A DNA stretch of 64,000 bases from Candidatus Woesearchaeota archaeon (GCA_046704725.1 JBJKRI010000003.1:1-64000); one strand, 5' to 3'. Shown: positions 37,503 through 47,318, counted from the first letter of the stretch. The notes: generated by a model from the sequence alone, not told the origin. A program made the numbers and translations.

Positions 37503-37964
37503 ATGTATCGCCGGAACGTCGCGGACGCGATCCACACGGAATCCCTGCCGATGGCCGTAGAGCTCGGGCAGGATGTTGGCAGTGCCGGCAGGCGGTTCAG
37601 CCTTGCAGGTATGTTCTACATGCCTGTGGACGATGAGCGACCAGGGCTCATAACAGTCATCTCGCATCATCTCGCCGCATTGTCCGGTCTGTTGCACGGA
37701 GAGACTGTGGACGCGCGTCTTCACCAGCAAGGGCTCCTAGCGAGCGGCACGCTCGCGCTCAACGACCTAACAGTGAAGGGTGAGTTCACGTACTGGAGAA
37801 ATCCAGGTCTCGGCCTACCGCGGAGCTTCACCGTCAATGGTGGATGGCACCAAGGTGCCTATGGCGGTCTTTGGCAATCGGATGGGGTGAAGGGGATGTT
37901 CTATCTGCGCCCATATCTCGATTTCCGATCGGATGGCCCTGTGGAACAGCGACGCGTCGGCTGA
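37503..37964 (+). CDS. hypothetical protein
   Basis: 153-aa ORF with a possible beta-rich fold (G.W..G...G.W...G.F.L). Confidence 0.5.
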   Translation: MYRRNVADAIHTESLPMAVELGQDVGSAGRRFSLAGMFYMPVDDERPGLITVISHHLAALSGLLHGETVDARLHQQGLLASGTLALNDLTVKGEFTYWRNPGLGLPRSFTVNGGWHQGAYGGLWQSDGVKGMFYLRPYLDFRSDGPVEQRRVG

Positions 37965-38017
37965 CCACTGGACAATCACCCGCAATGAAATAAAAAGCCC
38001 CTTCACATTTCTTTCCC

Positions 38018-40180
38018 GTGATCTCGTTCACGCCGCGATTGTACCAGCAGACCATCGTCGGCACGGCCTCCTTGCACAACACGCTCGTCGTGCTCCCGAC
38101 CGGTCTTGGCAAGACGCACATCGCCATCATGCTCGCGGCCCACCGGCTCAAGCAATACCCCAAGAGCAAGATCCTCGTCCTCGCCCCGACAAAGCCGTTG
38201 GTGGACCAGCACACCAAGACCTTCGCCGAGCACCTGCCCGATGCGGAATCGCTCTCCACCGTCCTCACCGGTCGCGTCTCCCCCGAGAAGCGCCAGACAG
38301 AGTACGAACGCGCCACCTTCATCTTCAGCACCCCGCAGACCATCGAGAACGATCTGCTATCGGACCGCGTCTCCCTCAAGGACGTCAGCCTCCTCGTCCT
38401 GGACGAGGCGCACCGCGCCGTCGGCGACTACGCCTACGTCTACATCGCCAAGCAATACCGCAAGCACGCATCGCACGAGCGCATCCTGTCTCTCACCGCT
38501 TCGCCGGGAAGCGACAAGCAATCCATCGAGGAGGTCGTGCGTAATGTCGCGGCCGAGAAGATCGAGGTGCGCACGCAAGACGATCCCGACGTCAAGCCCT
38601 ACGTGCAGGAGATGGAGGTGCAGTACCGCGAGGTCGACCTCCCCCCGCAGCTCACCGCGCTGCGCGACGTCGTCGCGCGCCTCATACGCAACCGCCTGTC
38701 CATGCTCAAGCAGCACGGTTTCATCAATGACACGCAGCTCAACAAGACGCAGCTCCTCATGGCCCAGAAGGAACTGCAGGGACAGCTGCGCGGCGGACAG
38801 CCCGACCCCATGGTCTGGCGCGCCCTCTCCGTGCTCGCCGAGGTCATGAAGGCGCAGCACGCGCAAGAGCTCTTGGAGAGCCAGGGCGTCTCCGCGGTGG
38901 TGAGCTATCTCTCATCCTTGGAGCGGCAGGCCGCGAGAGGCCAGTCCAAGGCCGTCAAGAACCTCGTCTCCGACCCGGAGTTTCGCCATGTCATTATGAC
39001 CGCGCAGTCCCTCGAGGAAAAAGGCGTCGAGCACCCCAAGCTCGCCACGTTGTTGGCGCTGGTCAAGCTCACGCTCACCAAGAACAAGAGGGCGAAGATC
39101 ATCGTCTTCTCGCAGTACCGCGACATGGCGCAGAAGATCGTCAAGTCATTGGGGGAGAAAGCGCGATTGTTCGTCGGCCAGCAGAAGAAGGGCGAGACCG
39201 GGTTGACGCAGAAAGAGCAAAAAGAGATGCTCGCCGAGTTCCGCGAAGGAGAGTTCCCCGTGCTCGTCGCGACCGCCGTCGGCGAGGAGGGACTCGACAT
39301 CCCCAGCGTCGACCTCGTCGCCTTCTACGAGCCCGTGCCCAGCGCGATACGCACTATCCAGCGCCGCGGCCGCACCGGACGGCACGACACGGGCCATGTC
39401 GTCGTGCTCGTCGCCAAAGGCACGCGCGACGAGGGCTATCGCTGGTCCGCCCATCACAAGGAGAAGCGCATGCACCGCGCCCTCCAGCAGGTCGCCGCCG
39501 CCCCGGCCCCCAAGCAGCAGTCCACGCTCTCCGAGTTCACGCAGGAGACGGTCATCTATGCCGATAGCAGGGAGAAGGGTTCGGGCGTCCTCAAGGAACT
39601 CCAGTCGTTGGGCGTCAAGCTCGTCCTGCGACAGTTGGACGTCGGCGACTACGTCTTGTCCAAGCGCGTCTGCGTGGAGTTCAAGGCCGTCGACGATTTC
39701 GTCAACAGCATCCTCGACGGTCGGCTCATGGCGCAGATGCGCGCCCTCACCCGCTACCAGCGTCCCTTGCTCGTCGTGCAGGGCGGTGATTGGTATTCGC
39801 AGCGCAACGTCCATCCGAATGCCATCCGTGGAGCCCTTTCGGCGATCAGCGTGAGCTTCGGCGTTCCCATCCTGACGACGCAGAACGACAAGGACACCGC
39901 TTCCTTGCTCGCGTTGATCGCGCGCCGGGAGAAGGACGGCGGCATCGGCGCGGCTGAGTTCGCCGCACCGCGCCCCCAGAACGAGCAAGAAGAATTGGTC
40001 GCTGTGGTCGCGCAATTGCACGGCGTCGGGCCCGTGCTCGCGCCTAAGTTGCTCGCATTCTTCGGTACGCTGCGTGACCTCGCCAACGCGTCCGTCGATG
40101 ATTTGACGTCGGTCGAGGGGATAGGGAAGAAGAAGGCCGAGGAGATCTACGCGGCCTTGACACGCCGGTTCGAAGCGTGA
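38018..40180 (+). CDS. hef: Hef (FANCM-like helicase + XPF/ERCC4 nuclease + HhH)
   Basis: LPTGLGKT, DEAH, TASPG, EEGLDIP, QRRGRTGR, D.RE...GDY...VE.K, terminal HhH. Confidence 0.95.
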   Translation: MISFTPRLYQQTIVGTASLHNTLVVLPTGLGKTHIAIMLAAHRLKQYPKSKILVLAPTKPLVDQHTKTFAEHLPDAESLSTVLTGRVSPEKRQTEYERATFIFSTPQTIENDLLSDRVSLKDVSLLVLDEAHRAVGDYAYVYIAKQYRKHASHERILSLTASPGSDKQSIEEVVRNVAAEKIEVRTQDDPDVKPYVQEMEVQYREVDLPPQLTALRDVVARLIRNRLSMLKQHGFINDTQLNKTQLLMAQKELQGQLRGGQPDPMVWRALSVLAEVMKAQHAQELLESQGVSAVVSYLSSLERQAARGQSKAVKNLVSDPEFRHVIMTAQSLEEKGVEHPKLATLLALVKLTLTKNKRAKIIVFSQYRDMAQKIVKSLGEKARLFVGQQKKGETGLTQKEQKEMLAEFREGEFPVLVATAVGEEGLDIPSVDLVAFYEPVPSAIRTIQRRGRTGRHDTGHVVVLVAKGTRDEGYRWSAHHKEKRMHRALQQVAAAPAPKQQSTLSEFTQETVIYADSREKGSGVLKELQSLGVKLVLRQLDVGDYVLSKRVCVEFKAVDDFVNSILDGRLMAQMRALTRYQRPLLVVQGGDWYSQRNVHPNAIRGALSAISVSFGVPILTTQNDKDTASLLALIARREKDGGIGAAEFAAPRPQNEQEELVAVVAQLHGVGPVLAPKLLAFFGTLRDLANASVDDLTSVEGIGKKKAEEIYAALTRRFEA

Positions 40181-40453
40181 GGACCTTGTATTCCTGCTCT
40201 CCCGGTCCACCAAGATACTCGGCCGGCTGCTGCGCGAGGGGGAATCCGGGATTCGTGTTCGCGGGAACCTCGTACGTGCCTCTGAGCGCCGCCCGCTCGG
40301 CCAGCGGTTTCGCGGGCAGGGTGTACGCGGTGAATGCCGTGGCGAGGGCTGCGATGCCGATGAGCTTGTGCATGACATAGGCGTGCGCTCCGTGCTTTTC
40401 TTGTTTGTGGTGGAGCAGCGCATCTTTTATACTCCTGTTCATAGGAATCAGTC

Positions 40454-40774
40454 ATGGGCATCTTTTTCCTCTCCGAGCAGCGACGGAAAGAGGGCAAGCA
40501 TTGGTGGGTCCTCTCTGCCGAGAGCACCCCGTTCATCGGGTATCTCGTCTTGTTCTTGATCGTGCTCGCCTCGGCGATCTGGCCGTTCACCTTCGTCTAC
40601 GTTCTCGGTCATGCGTATATCGTCGTGATGCCAGTCCTCATCGCGCTCTTCGTCGGATTGACGGGCGACCTCGCATACGAGTCGCGCCCGTTGTTCTTCG
40701 TGCGATTTCGGAAGAAGCGTTTCACCATCGAGCGCCTCCCTAATGGCACGCGTCGCGTCTGGATCGAGCGTTAG
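40454..40774 (+). CDS. small membrane protein
   Basis: 106 aa with two TM helices. Confidence 0.55.
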   Translation: MGIFFLSEQRRKEGKHWWVLSAESTPFIGYLVLFLIVLASAIWPFTFVYVLGHAYIVVMPVLIALFVGLTGDLAYESRPLFFVRFRKKRFTIERLPNGTRRVWIER

Positions 40775-40848
40775 TCCTTGGCGCCCGCGCCGTTCCGGAC
40801 ATGCTTCTCCACAAGCTTTATTTTCTCCACTCTTTCGTGGTCCTGTAA

Positions 40849-41571
40849 ATGTTCCCCGGACACCCATCAACGTACGTCCTCATCCCCGAAGCAGACGGCG
40901 AACCGCAATTCTTGTTCGCGCGGAGTTGTCTCCCAGAGAAGTATTTCCGTAGCCACAGCTCCAGTCTTCCTCCAGGGCTTCCGCAGAACCAATTCAAGCG
41001 CGCCAGCAAGGCCGGGTTCCAGAACACCATATCTCCGCATGGTTTCGCCGGTTTCATGACCATCGACGAGGCGGCTGAGGTGGCGCGTCTCCTGGGCCGT
41101 TCGCTGCCAACTCCCTCTCAACTCGCGCGGGCGCTCGCGTATCTGGAGAGCGAAGAGCCGCTCTACAACGAGTTCTTGCTGCGGTACGACGATAAGGAGG
41201 CGCAACAGTTACGCGATGACGTTCTCTTTTCCCTTGCTCCCCGGATCGAGTTCCTGCAAGGGTATGTCCGGTATGACAGCATGTGCTATCACTTCGGTCT
41301 TGAGAACACCCGTGATCTGTCGGACAAGGTCAATCTGTACAATGCGTTGCCCGTCGGACGCCACGCTATCTCCAGCGAGCGGTGGATGCGCGATAATATC
41401 GCAGGCTTTCCGACAGCCGAGGCGAAGAAGGGTCGTAGCGATATGGAGTTCTCGTTCACTGACGACGGCCGCGATCTCGGCGTGTACTGGGATGCGAGCG
41501 TTAATCGGCTCGCGATCGTGTCGCGCCACAAGGCTCCGCTCGGGGCGGTCCGTCTGGTACGTCACCCGTAA
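40849..41571 (+). CDS. hypothetical protein
   Basis: 240 aa; EA......G..LPT and a C-terminal G.VRLV are weakly FGE-sulfatase-like. Confidence 0.55.
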   Translation: MFPGHPSTYVLIPEADGEPQFLFARSCLPEKYFRSHSSSLPPGLPQNQFKRASKAGFQNTISPHGFAGFMTIDEAAEVARLLGRSLPTPSQLARALAYLESEEPLYNEFLLRYDDKEAQQLRDDVLFSLAPRIEFLQGYVRYDSMCYHFGLENTRDLSDKVNLYNALPVGRHAISSERWMRDNIAGFPTAEAKKGRSDMEFSFTDDGRDLGVYWDASVNRLAIVSRHKAPLGAVRLVRHP

Positions 41572-41574
41572 CGG

Positions 41575-41919
41575 TCAACCGCTCTCCAGGACGCGTGCGA
41601 GCACCACGGCATTGTTGTGCTGCGTGTCCTTCGCCGCGTACACCAGTGTGACGCGCTTTTGTGCCCGGAGGCGTTCCAGCGCGTCCTTGTGCGCCGGGAG
41701 CTCTTTCTCGTAGCGTTCGGCGAATTCCCTAAAGCGCCCGGGTTCGTGGCCGAACCACTTGCGCAGCCCGTCGCTCGGCGCGAGCTCTTTTTCCCACGCG
41801 TCGATACGCAACTCCTTTTTTGAGACGCCGCGCGGCCAGAGCCGGTCCACGAGGACGCGATAGCCGTCGTCCTGTGATGCAGCCTCGTACGCTCGCTTCA
41901 GCCGGATCTCCACGCGCAT
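41575..41919 (-). CDS. DUF488 family (YeaO-like) protein
   Basis: KRAYE....DGYRVLVDRLWPRGVSK...W.KELAPS..LRKWFGH...HNNA.VL. Confidence 0.93.
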   Translation of the reverse strand: MRVEIRLKRAYEAASQDDGYRVLVDRLWPRGVSKKELRIDAWEKELAPSDGLRKWFGHEPGRFREFAERYEKELPAHKDALERLRAQKRVTLVYAAKDTQHNNAVVLARVLESG

Positions 41920-41936
41920 CTCCACGTCCGCATGGT

Positions 41937-42935
41937 TCAAGTGTCTTTCGGCAGCACGAGGGGCTTTTTTCCCACGATGATGATGTTCTCGTGCCGTACG
42001 CCCTCGTCGTAGTACAGTCCGGGCTCGATCGTCACGACCATTCCTTCCTCCAATGTCATGTCGCTGCGCTCTGACAGGTTCGGCGCCTCGTGGATGTCCA
42101 GTCCCACGCCGTGCCCCAACGAGTGGATGAGCCCGTGCTCGTCGTCCGTCGGAAAGCCGCGTGTCTCCAGTTCTTTCGTGGCGTACGCGGCGATGTCGGC
42201 CACCTTCGCTCCGGGAACGCATTTCTTGACGCACGCGTCGTGGACTTCTTTCACGGCGTCGAGCATCTTTTGCGCGTTTGCGTCGTCCCCAACAATCACT
42301 GTTCGGGTCATATCGCCGTAGTATCTCGTGCGTTCCGATTGTGGGAAGATATCGATGATGACCGGTCCTTCTTTGATGGCACCGGTTCCGCGGTGGTGCG
42401 GCAATCTCGTCTGTCCTGCCGAGCTGATGATGAGGTCGGGGCAGTCGTAGCCATGCCGGATGAGCTGCGAGCGCGCCTCCGCCTTGAGGGCTTCGCTCGT
42501 GAGCGGCTCCCCCTTCCAATGGAGGATACCGTCCTTGAGTTCGGCTTCCTGCAAGCGCTTCTCGATGAGCGCGATGGCTCCGGCCGCTTCTTCCTGCGCT
42601 TCCTCGATCGCTGCCAGTTCATCTTCATTCTTGATGCGTCGTTCGGGGAAGACCTCGCGCACGACCTCCGCTTTCCCGGGGATACGGTCCACAATGCCGT
42701 GCGGAAAGTCGAACGGCACCTTCGCCTCTTTGACGTTCTTGAGCGCTTCTTTCAGGCTCGTGAGTTCGCGCACCTCGATGTCGCCGACGATCTCCTCTCT
42801 CGCCCGCAGGAATTCGAAGCCGGGCACCCAAAGAGTGCGTTTCTTGTCCTCGATGTAGAGCACATCGACATCGCTGTTCCAGCGGCAGCGATAGTAGATG
42901 TCCGCGCTGTCCGCGCGGCCGAAGAGCACGAGCAT
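41937..42935 (-). CDS. Xaa-Pro aminopeptidase (M24)
   Basis: PHH.G, IIDIFP, YYGDMTRT, HSLGHGVGLDIHEAP, TIEPGLY, GVR.E. Confidence 0.93.
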   Translation of the reverse strand: MLVLFGRADSADIYYRCRWNSDVDVLYIEDKKRTLWVPGFEFLRAREEIVGDIEVRELTSLKEALKNVKEAKVPFDFPHGIVDRIPGKAEVVREVFPERRIKNEDELAAIEEAQEEAAGAIALIEKRLQEAELKDGILHWKGEPLTSEALKAEARSQLIRHGYDCPDLIISSAGQTRLPHHRGTGAIKEGPVIIDIFPQSERTRYYGDMTRTVIVGDDANAQKMLDAVKEVHDACVKKCVPGAKVADIAAYATKELETRGFPTDDEHGLIHSLGHGVGLDIHEAPNLSERSDMTLEEGMVVTIEPGLYYDEGVRHENIIIVGKKPLVLPKDT

Positions 42936-43022
42936 GCCCGTGCCGTGGCCCGCCGCCTCATAAAGCTTTGGCACTGGAAAGACCGCGTGAACGTTTTTAT
43001 AGCGCCTTTCCACCCTCTCCCC

Positions 43023-44540
43023 ATGCTCCCTCTGCACGTCACCTTGTCCTATTACAAGCGCGCGGACATCCGCAAGGCCATGGCCGAGCAGTGCCGCGGC
43101 AAGGAGGTCGCCATCAAGTACGGTAATGGCTTCGGAAAGCGTCCCGACATGGTCGTCTACGACAGCGACATCCTCTCTTTCGCCCAGAAGAAAGCGACGA
43201 GCTTCCACGTGAGCGAGGAGACCTGGAGCAATCCCATGCAACTCGCTCCGGGCATGCGCAAGGCGGACATGGACGCGTTGCGCGTGGGCTGGGACCTCGT
43301 GCTCGATATCGACTTCCCCGTCTGGGAGGCGACGCGCGTCATCGCCGACGCACTCTGGAAGCAGCTTTTGGAGGAGGGCGTGCCTGAGAAGGCCATCACC
43401 GCGAAGTTCTCCGGCAACAAGGGCTTCCACATCGCTGTGCCCTTCGAGGCATTTCCCGACGCGGTGCTCGACGAGGACGGGAAAGAATTGCTCGTCTCCG
43501 ACCTGTTCCCTGACGGCGTGCGCAGCATCCTCGGTTACCTAGTCTCCCGCGTGGACGGTCCCGAGAACGGCTTCTCCCTTTCCGAGCGGCTCGTTAAGGA
43601 TTTAGGTGCGGACGCGTTGCGCTCCATGCTCGTGGAGGTCTGCGAGTCCTGCGGGAGAAAAGCGCCTGGCCGCGCGGTCGAGGGCAACGAGTTCGTCTGC
43701 GAGCGCTGCGGCTATCGCGAGCGAAAGGACGTCGATTACATGGACTGCCCCAAGTGCAAGACCATGGGCCGCACGACCTTGCTCACGCCCGTCGGTCGCG
43801 CCAACTCCGAGCCGTGCAAGTGCGGCTCCAAGCGCTTCCGCAAGAAGGTCGACCTCGCGGTCGACACCATGCTCGTCTCCTCGCGGCACATGTATCGCCT
43901 GGCGTGGAGCCTCCACGAGAAGAGCTTCGACGGGAAAAGAGCGCTTGTCTCATTGCCGATCCCGCCGCGGCGCATGCACGATTTCGACAAGGAAGAGGCC
44001 GGCGCGAAGCACGCGAAGACCGATACCCCCTTCCTCTCCCGTGACGTCCCGCGCGATTGCGCCTCCGCATTGCTGCAGCGCGGCCTCGCCTACCGCGCCC
44101 CCGACGCCGAGGACAGGCCCTCGTTCGCGGAGATCGAGTGGGCCGGCGACGCCGCGCCGGAGGAGGCGTTCCCCCCGCCCATCAAAAAGATGCTCACGGG
44201 CATGGAGGACGGACGCAAGCGCGCCTTGTTCGTGCTCACGAACTTCCTGCGCAGCGTGGGCTGGTCCTACGAGATGATCGAGGCGCGCCTCGACGAGTGG
44301 AACAAGGCCAACCCCGAGCCCTTGCGCGAGGTCGAGCTGCGCGGCCACATCCGCTACCACAAGCAGAAGGGCCAGAACGTGTTGCCGCCGAACTTCGACA
44401 ACGACATGTACTACAAGGATCTCGGCGTGCTCGAGCACGACGAGTTGAGCCGGCGCGTCAAGAATCCTGTGCAGTACGTCCGTCTCAAGATGAAGCAGGG
44501 CGGCTCGCGCGAGCAGACCACATCCTCCGGGCGTGCGTAG
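43023..44540 (+). CDS. fused DNA primase PriS-PriL (DPANN type)
   Basis: WDLVLDID, KFSGNKGFH and R...SLHEK (PriS); FPP.I...G..DGRKR..F.L..FL...PPN...KNP..Y (PriL C-terminal domain). Confidence 0.9.
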   Translation: MLPLHVTLSYYKRADIRKAMAEQCRGKEVAIKYGNGFGKRPDMVVYDSDILSFAQKKATSFHVSEETWSNPMQLAPGMRKADMDALRVGWDLVLDIDFPVWEATRVIADALWKQLLEEGVPEKAITAKFSGNKGFHIAVPFEAFPDAVLDEDGKELLVSDLFPDGVRSILGYLVSRVDGPENGFSLSERLVKDLGADALRSMLVEVCESCGRKAPGRAVEGNEFVCERCGYRERKDVDYMDCPKCKTMGRTTLLTPVGRANSEPCKCGSKRFRKKVDLAVDTMLVSSRHMYRLAWSLHEKSFDGKRALVSLPIPPRRMHDFDKEEAGAKHAKTDTPFLSRDVPRDCASALLQRGLAYRAPDAEDRPSFAEIEWAGDAAPEEAFPPPIKKMLTGMEDGRKRALFVLTNFLRSVGWSYEMIEARLDEWNKANPEPLREVELRGHIRYHKQKGQNVLPPNFDNDMYYKDLGVLEHDELSRRVKNPVQYVRLKMKQGGSREQTTSSGRA

Positions 44541-44611
44541 ATTTATATCCGGGATGCCCCGGAAAACAGGGATTGGCGACCGCGGATCTGGGGGACATCG
44601 GCGAGCAGGTC

Positions 44612-45022
44612 ATGTCATTGCTGCAGGAGCTTCCTCGGACGCTGCGGACGTCGAGCTTCCGGCTCGACGGGCATGGACGGGGCGTGTCGATTTTCGCGAA
44701 ATATGACGGCGTGTCGTTGCAGATGAATTGCGCTCAGCACGGCAGCGCGCTGGCGCTCAGCACGGGCACCGATGAGCCGAGCGACCGCTACTCTGTACGA
44801 AATCCGCTGGTGTTTCGTGGGCATCGCCTCGATCTGTACGATGCCGATTCGCTCCTCCTCAGCATGCGGATCGAACCAGGAGATGAGACGCATCATTTTG
44901 TGATCCTCGGGCAAAACGACCACGTGATCGCGAGCGGATATCTCTTGCAGGACAACGCTTATGAACATCAGTATCCAGGGTCTGCGCATGACCGTGGATA
45001 CCCGGTTCGGCACGTATCCTGA
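44612..45022 (+). CDS. hypothetical protein
   Basis: About 136 aa; start uncertain. Confidence 0.4.
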   Translation: MSLLQELPRTLRTSSFRLDGHGRGVSIFAKYDGVSLQMNCAQHGSALALSTGTDEPSDRYSVRNPLVFRGHRLDLYDADSLLLSMRIEPGDETHHFVILGQNDHVIASGYLLQDNAYEHQYPGSAHDRGYPVRHVS

Positions 45023-45629
45023 GAAGTTCGCGAAGTACGTCAGGCCGACCGATCTGGTCGATTTCGATGTCGCCGCCGTGAAAAAGCAGGCCCACGAGCT
45101 CACGAAAGAGGCGACGACCGCCCGCGAGGCGCTGACCGCGATCCATTCTTTCGTCTCGTCGCTGCCGCTCGGCTTCGATAGGGAGGATTCGCCCGCGAGC
45201 GTCATCTTGCGCAATCACCGCGCGCAGTGCAACACCAAGACCACTCTCTTCATCGCCATGGCGCGCACGATCGGCATCCCCGCGCGCCTCCATGCTTGGA
45301 GCATCAAGCGTAAAGCGCACAAGGTCTCCTTACCCAAGCTCGTCTACTTGTTCACGCCCCGCGTCACGCTCTTCACGCTTCCTGAGGTCTATCACGGTCG
45401 GGAGTGGTGCACGCTCGACGCGGTGCTGAGCGAGGACGGTGAATCCGATCCTCACGACTGTCCGTTCGACGACGCTCCTCATCGGGACCGCCCGATTCCC
45501 AAGGAGCTCATCGTCGAGGACCTGGGCAGCTTCTGGCACCCTGACACGTTCTGGGCCACGTTCGGCACGAACGCCGACGGATGGAGAAAGCTGGCCTTGC
45601 CGTTCGTTCGTCCGCGGAAACGCTCTTAA
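44988..45629 (+). CDS. transglutaminase-like domain protein
   Basis: Y..PT...DF, AS..L....AQCNTK..LF.A.AR..GIPAR, EV...W..LD. Confidence 0.8.
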   Translation: MTVDTRFGTYPEKFAKYVRPTDLVDFDVAAVKKQAHELTKEATTAREALTAIHSFVSSLPLGFDREDSPASVILRNHRAQCNTKTTLFIAMARTIGIPARLHAWSIKRKAHKVSLPKLVYLFTPRVTLFTLPEVYHGREWCTLDAVLSEDGESDPHDCPFDDAPHRDRPIPKELIVEDLGSFWHPDTFWATFGTNADGWRKLALPFVRPRKRS

Positions 45630-45652
45630 ACCCGTTTTCCTAGGAAAGTGCT

Positions 45653-46198
45653 ATGGTACTTGCCCGCGCGTTCGCTTCGCTCATCCTCATGTTCATGATT
45701 ATCGGCGCCGTCGCTGTCTATCTCTCGAACGTGAAGGGACAGCCGACCCTCGATACCTTCACCCTCGACACCCCGACCGCTGCCGGCCCGAGCAGGATGG
45801 CGTTCTCGGGCACGCTCTCCATCAAGAACCCGCTCAGCGAATCGATTCCCGTCACGAGCATCAACTACACCATCTATCTCCAGGATTCCGGCGAGACGAT
45901 CGCCAATGGCACGATGCCTGCCTTCACCCTCAAGCCTAATAACGTGACGACAGAGGCCTTCGCGCAGAACATCACATGGGCCCCCTCTTCTTCGGTCATG
46001 GACCATCTGCTCAGCCAACCGCAGGTCTTCTTGCGCGTGAATGGCACCGCGTACCTTGACATGGGGAAAGGACGTGTCCTTCCCGTACAGTTCACGGCGA
46101 AGACGGATGCCCGCGATTACGTGCAGAGCGCGTACATCGGCGGCACCCAGGTGCAGAGCGCGCCCGTGGGCGGCAGCAACCTCAAGATCTTTGGATGA
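45653..46198 (+). CDS. LEA_2/WHy-domain membrane-anchored protein
   Basis: N-terminal TM helix, L.I.NP....IP...I.Y.I......IA.G. Confidence 0.75.
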   Translation: MVLARAFASLILMFMIIGAVAVYLSNVKGQPTLDTFTLDTPTAAGPSRMAFSGTLSIKNPLSESIPVTSINYTIYLQDSGETIANGTMPAFTLKPNNVTTEAFAQNITWAPSSSVMDHLLSQPQVFLRVNGTAYLDMGKGRVLPVQFTAKTDARDYVQSAYIGGTQVQSAPVGGSNLKIFG

Positions 46199-46709
46199 GG
46201 TCTTCCACCGTCCGCTCCAGCGCGGGGAATTCCGTGTAGCCACTCTGCGCGTCGAGCAGTCCACCGCCGCGCACGATGTGCAGTTCCGCCGACAATGGCG
46301 TGCGCAATGCGAGCACGGCGTACAACGGCATGCGCGGATCGTCGTCCGCGTGGAAGAACACGATACGCTCCGCGTTCTCTTTGATGGCGGGATAGTCGAA
46401 CGTGCGCTGCATGAACGTCGCTGACGCATCATCGGGCGGGGGCATGGCGACCAACAACAACGCCTTCATCTTCTCTTTCTCCGCGCGCGCCAGAACGAAC
46501 GGCACTCCCATGCCGTACGCGACCACGATCGCGTCCTCCAAAGCGACGTCCTGGGCGTCGAGCATCTTCTCCCAGTCGTCGAACGTCCCTTCGACCGGGA
46601 GCTGCGGTCCGACGAAGGTCGCTCCCAATGACTGTGCTCGTCGTTTGAGCGAGGGCGCCCAGTGCTCTCGCGGGCTCCCGGCGTGGCTGTGCAGGTAGAC
46701 GACGCGCAT
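46182..46709 (-). CDS. RBBP9/YdeN-like alpha/beta-hydrolase, catalytic residues substituted
   Basis: H...G....W.P.L, VAYGMG (for VAHSLG), DDP..P, GGGL (for GGH), G...FP. Confidence 0.75.
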   Translation of the reverse strand: MRVVYLHSHAGSPREHWAPSLKRRAQSLGATFVGPQLPVEGTFDDWEKMLDAQDVALEDAIVVAYGMGVPFVLARAEKEKMKALLLVAMPPPDDASATFMQRTFDYPAIKENAERIVFFHADDDPRMPLYAVLALRTPLSAELHIVRGGGLLDAQSGYTEFPALERTVEDLIQRS

Positions 46710-46739
46710 GTGTCGCTCCGAGGATGACGGGATATAAAC

Positions 46740-47318
46740 CTACGTATGCAACTCGGAGAGCAGCGACGCGTCCCCGAGCACGATGACCCGCACGCCTTTC
46801 TCACGGAAGTATTTCGCGCTCTCGGATTCCTCTCTGGCCACGAAGACGTCTGGAAGCCCGTGCTCGGCGACGAAGCGTTCGAATACGGCTGCCGCATCGT
46901 CCTTCTCATCGGGGAGCGAGCACGCCTCGACGCTGTATAATCCCTCTGCGTCAGCAGCTTCGAGCAGTCTGTCCAATGCGTCATTGGTATTGGTCGTGAC
47001 GACCGCGAGCTCGGCTCCGGTCTTGCGCAACGCCTCGATCACATCCGACCGCACGCTTTCCGGATGCTTCCGTACGAAGGACACGACAGCGTCGAAGTAG
47101 CGTTTCCGCGCGTGGCGCGTGCGTTCCTCGTCGGTCGCTTCCGGCTCGAGCCGTCGCATCACCTCGTCCACTCCGCGGAAATACTCTTTCCGGGAAGTCC
47201 ACTCCTTGACGGACGGGTCGTTGAGTTCCTCCGCTGCCTTGGCGAACCATTGGGCGTGCGCCTTGTCCCAAGCCTCTGGTTTGATGAGCACGTTCTTGGC
47301 AGACGTCGCGATGAGCAT
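46740..47318 (-). CDS. HAD-fold protein lacking the catalytic Asp motif
   Basis: IATSAKNVL in place of FD.DG.L; LAVVTTN retained; motif IV degenerate. Confidence 0.65.
   Translation of the reverse strand: MLIATSAKNVLIKPEAWDKAHAQWFAKAAEELNDPSVKEWTSRKEYFRGVDEVMRRLEPEATDEERTRHARKRYFDAVVSFVRKHPESVRSDVIEALRKTGAELAVVTTNTNDALDRLLEAADAEGLYSVEACSLPDEKDDAAAVFERFVAEHGLPDVFVAREESESAKYFREKGVRVIVLGDASLLSELHT

Noticed and set aside
40044-40442. Minus-strand ORF with a signal-peptide-like MHKLIGIAALATAF
   Set aside because: It overlaps the hef 3' end by more than 130 nt and has no motif; it may be a remnant but cannot be supported.
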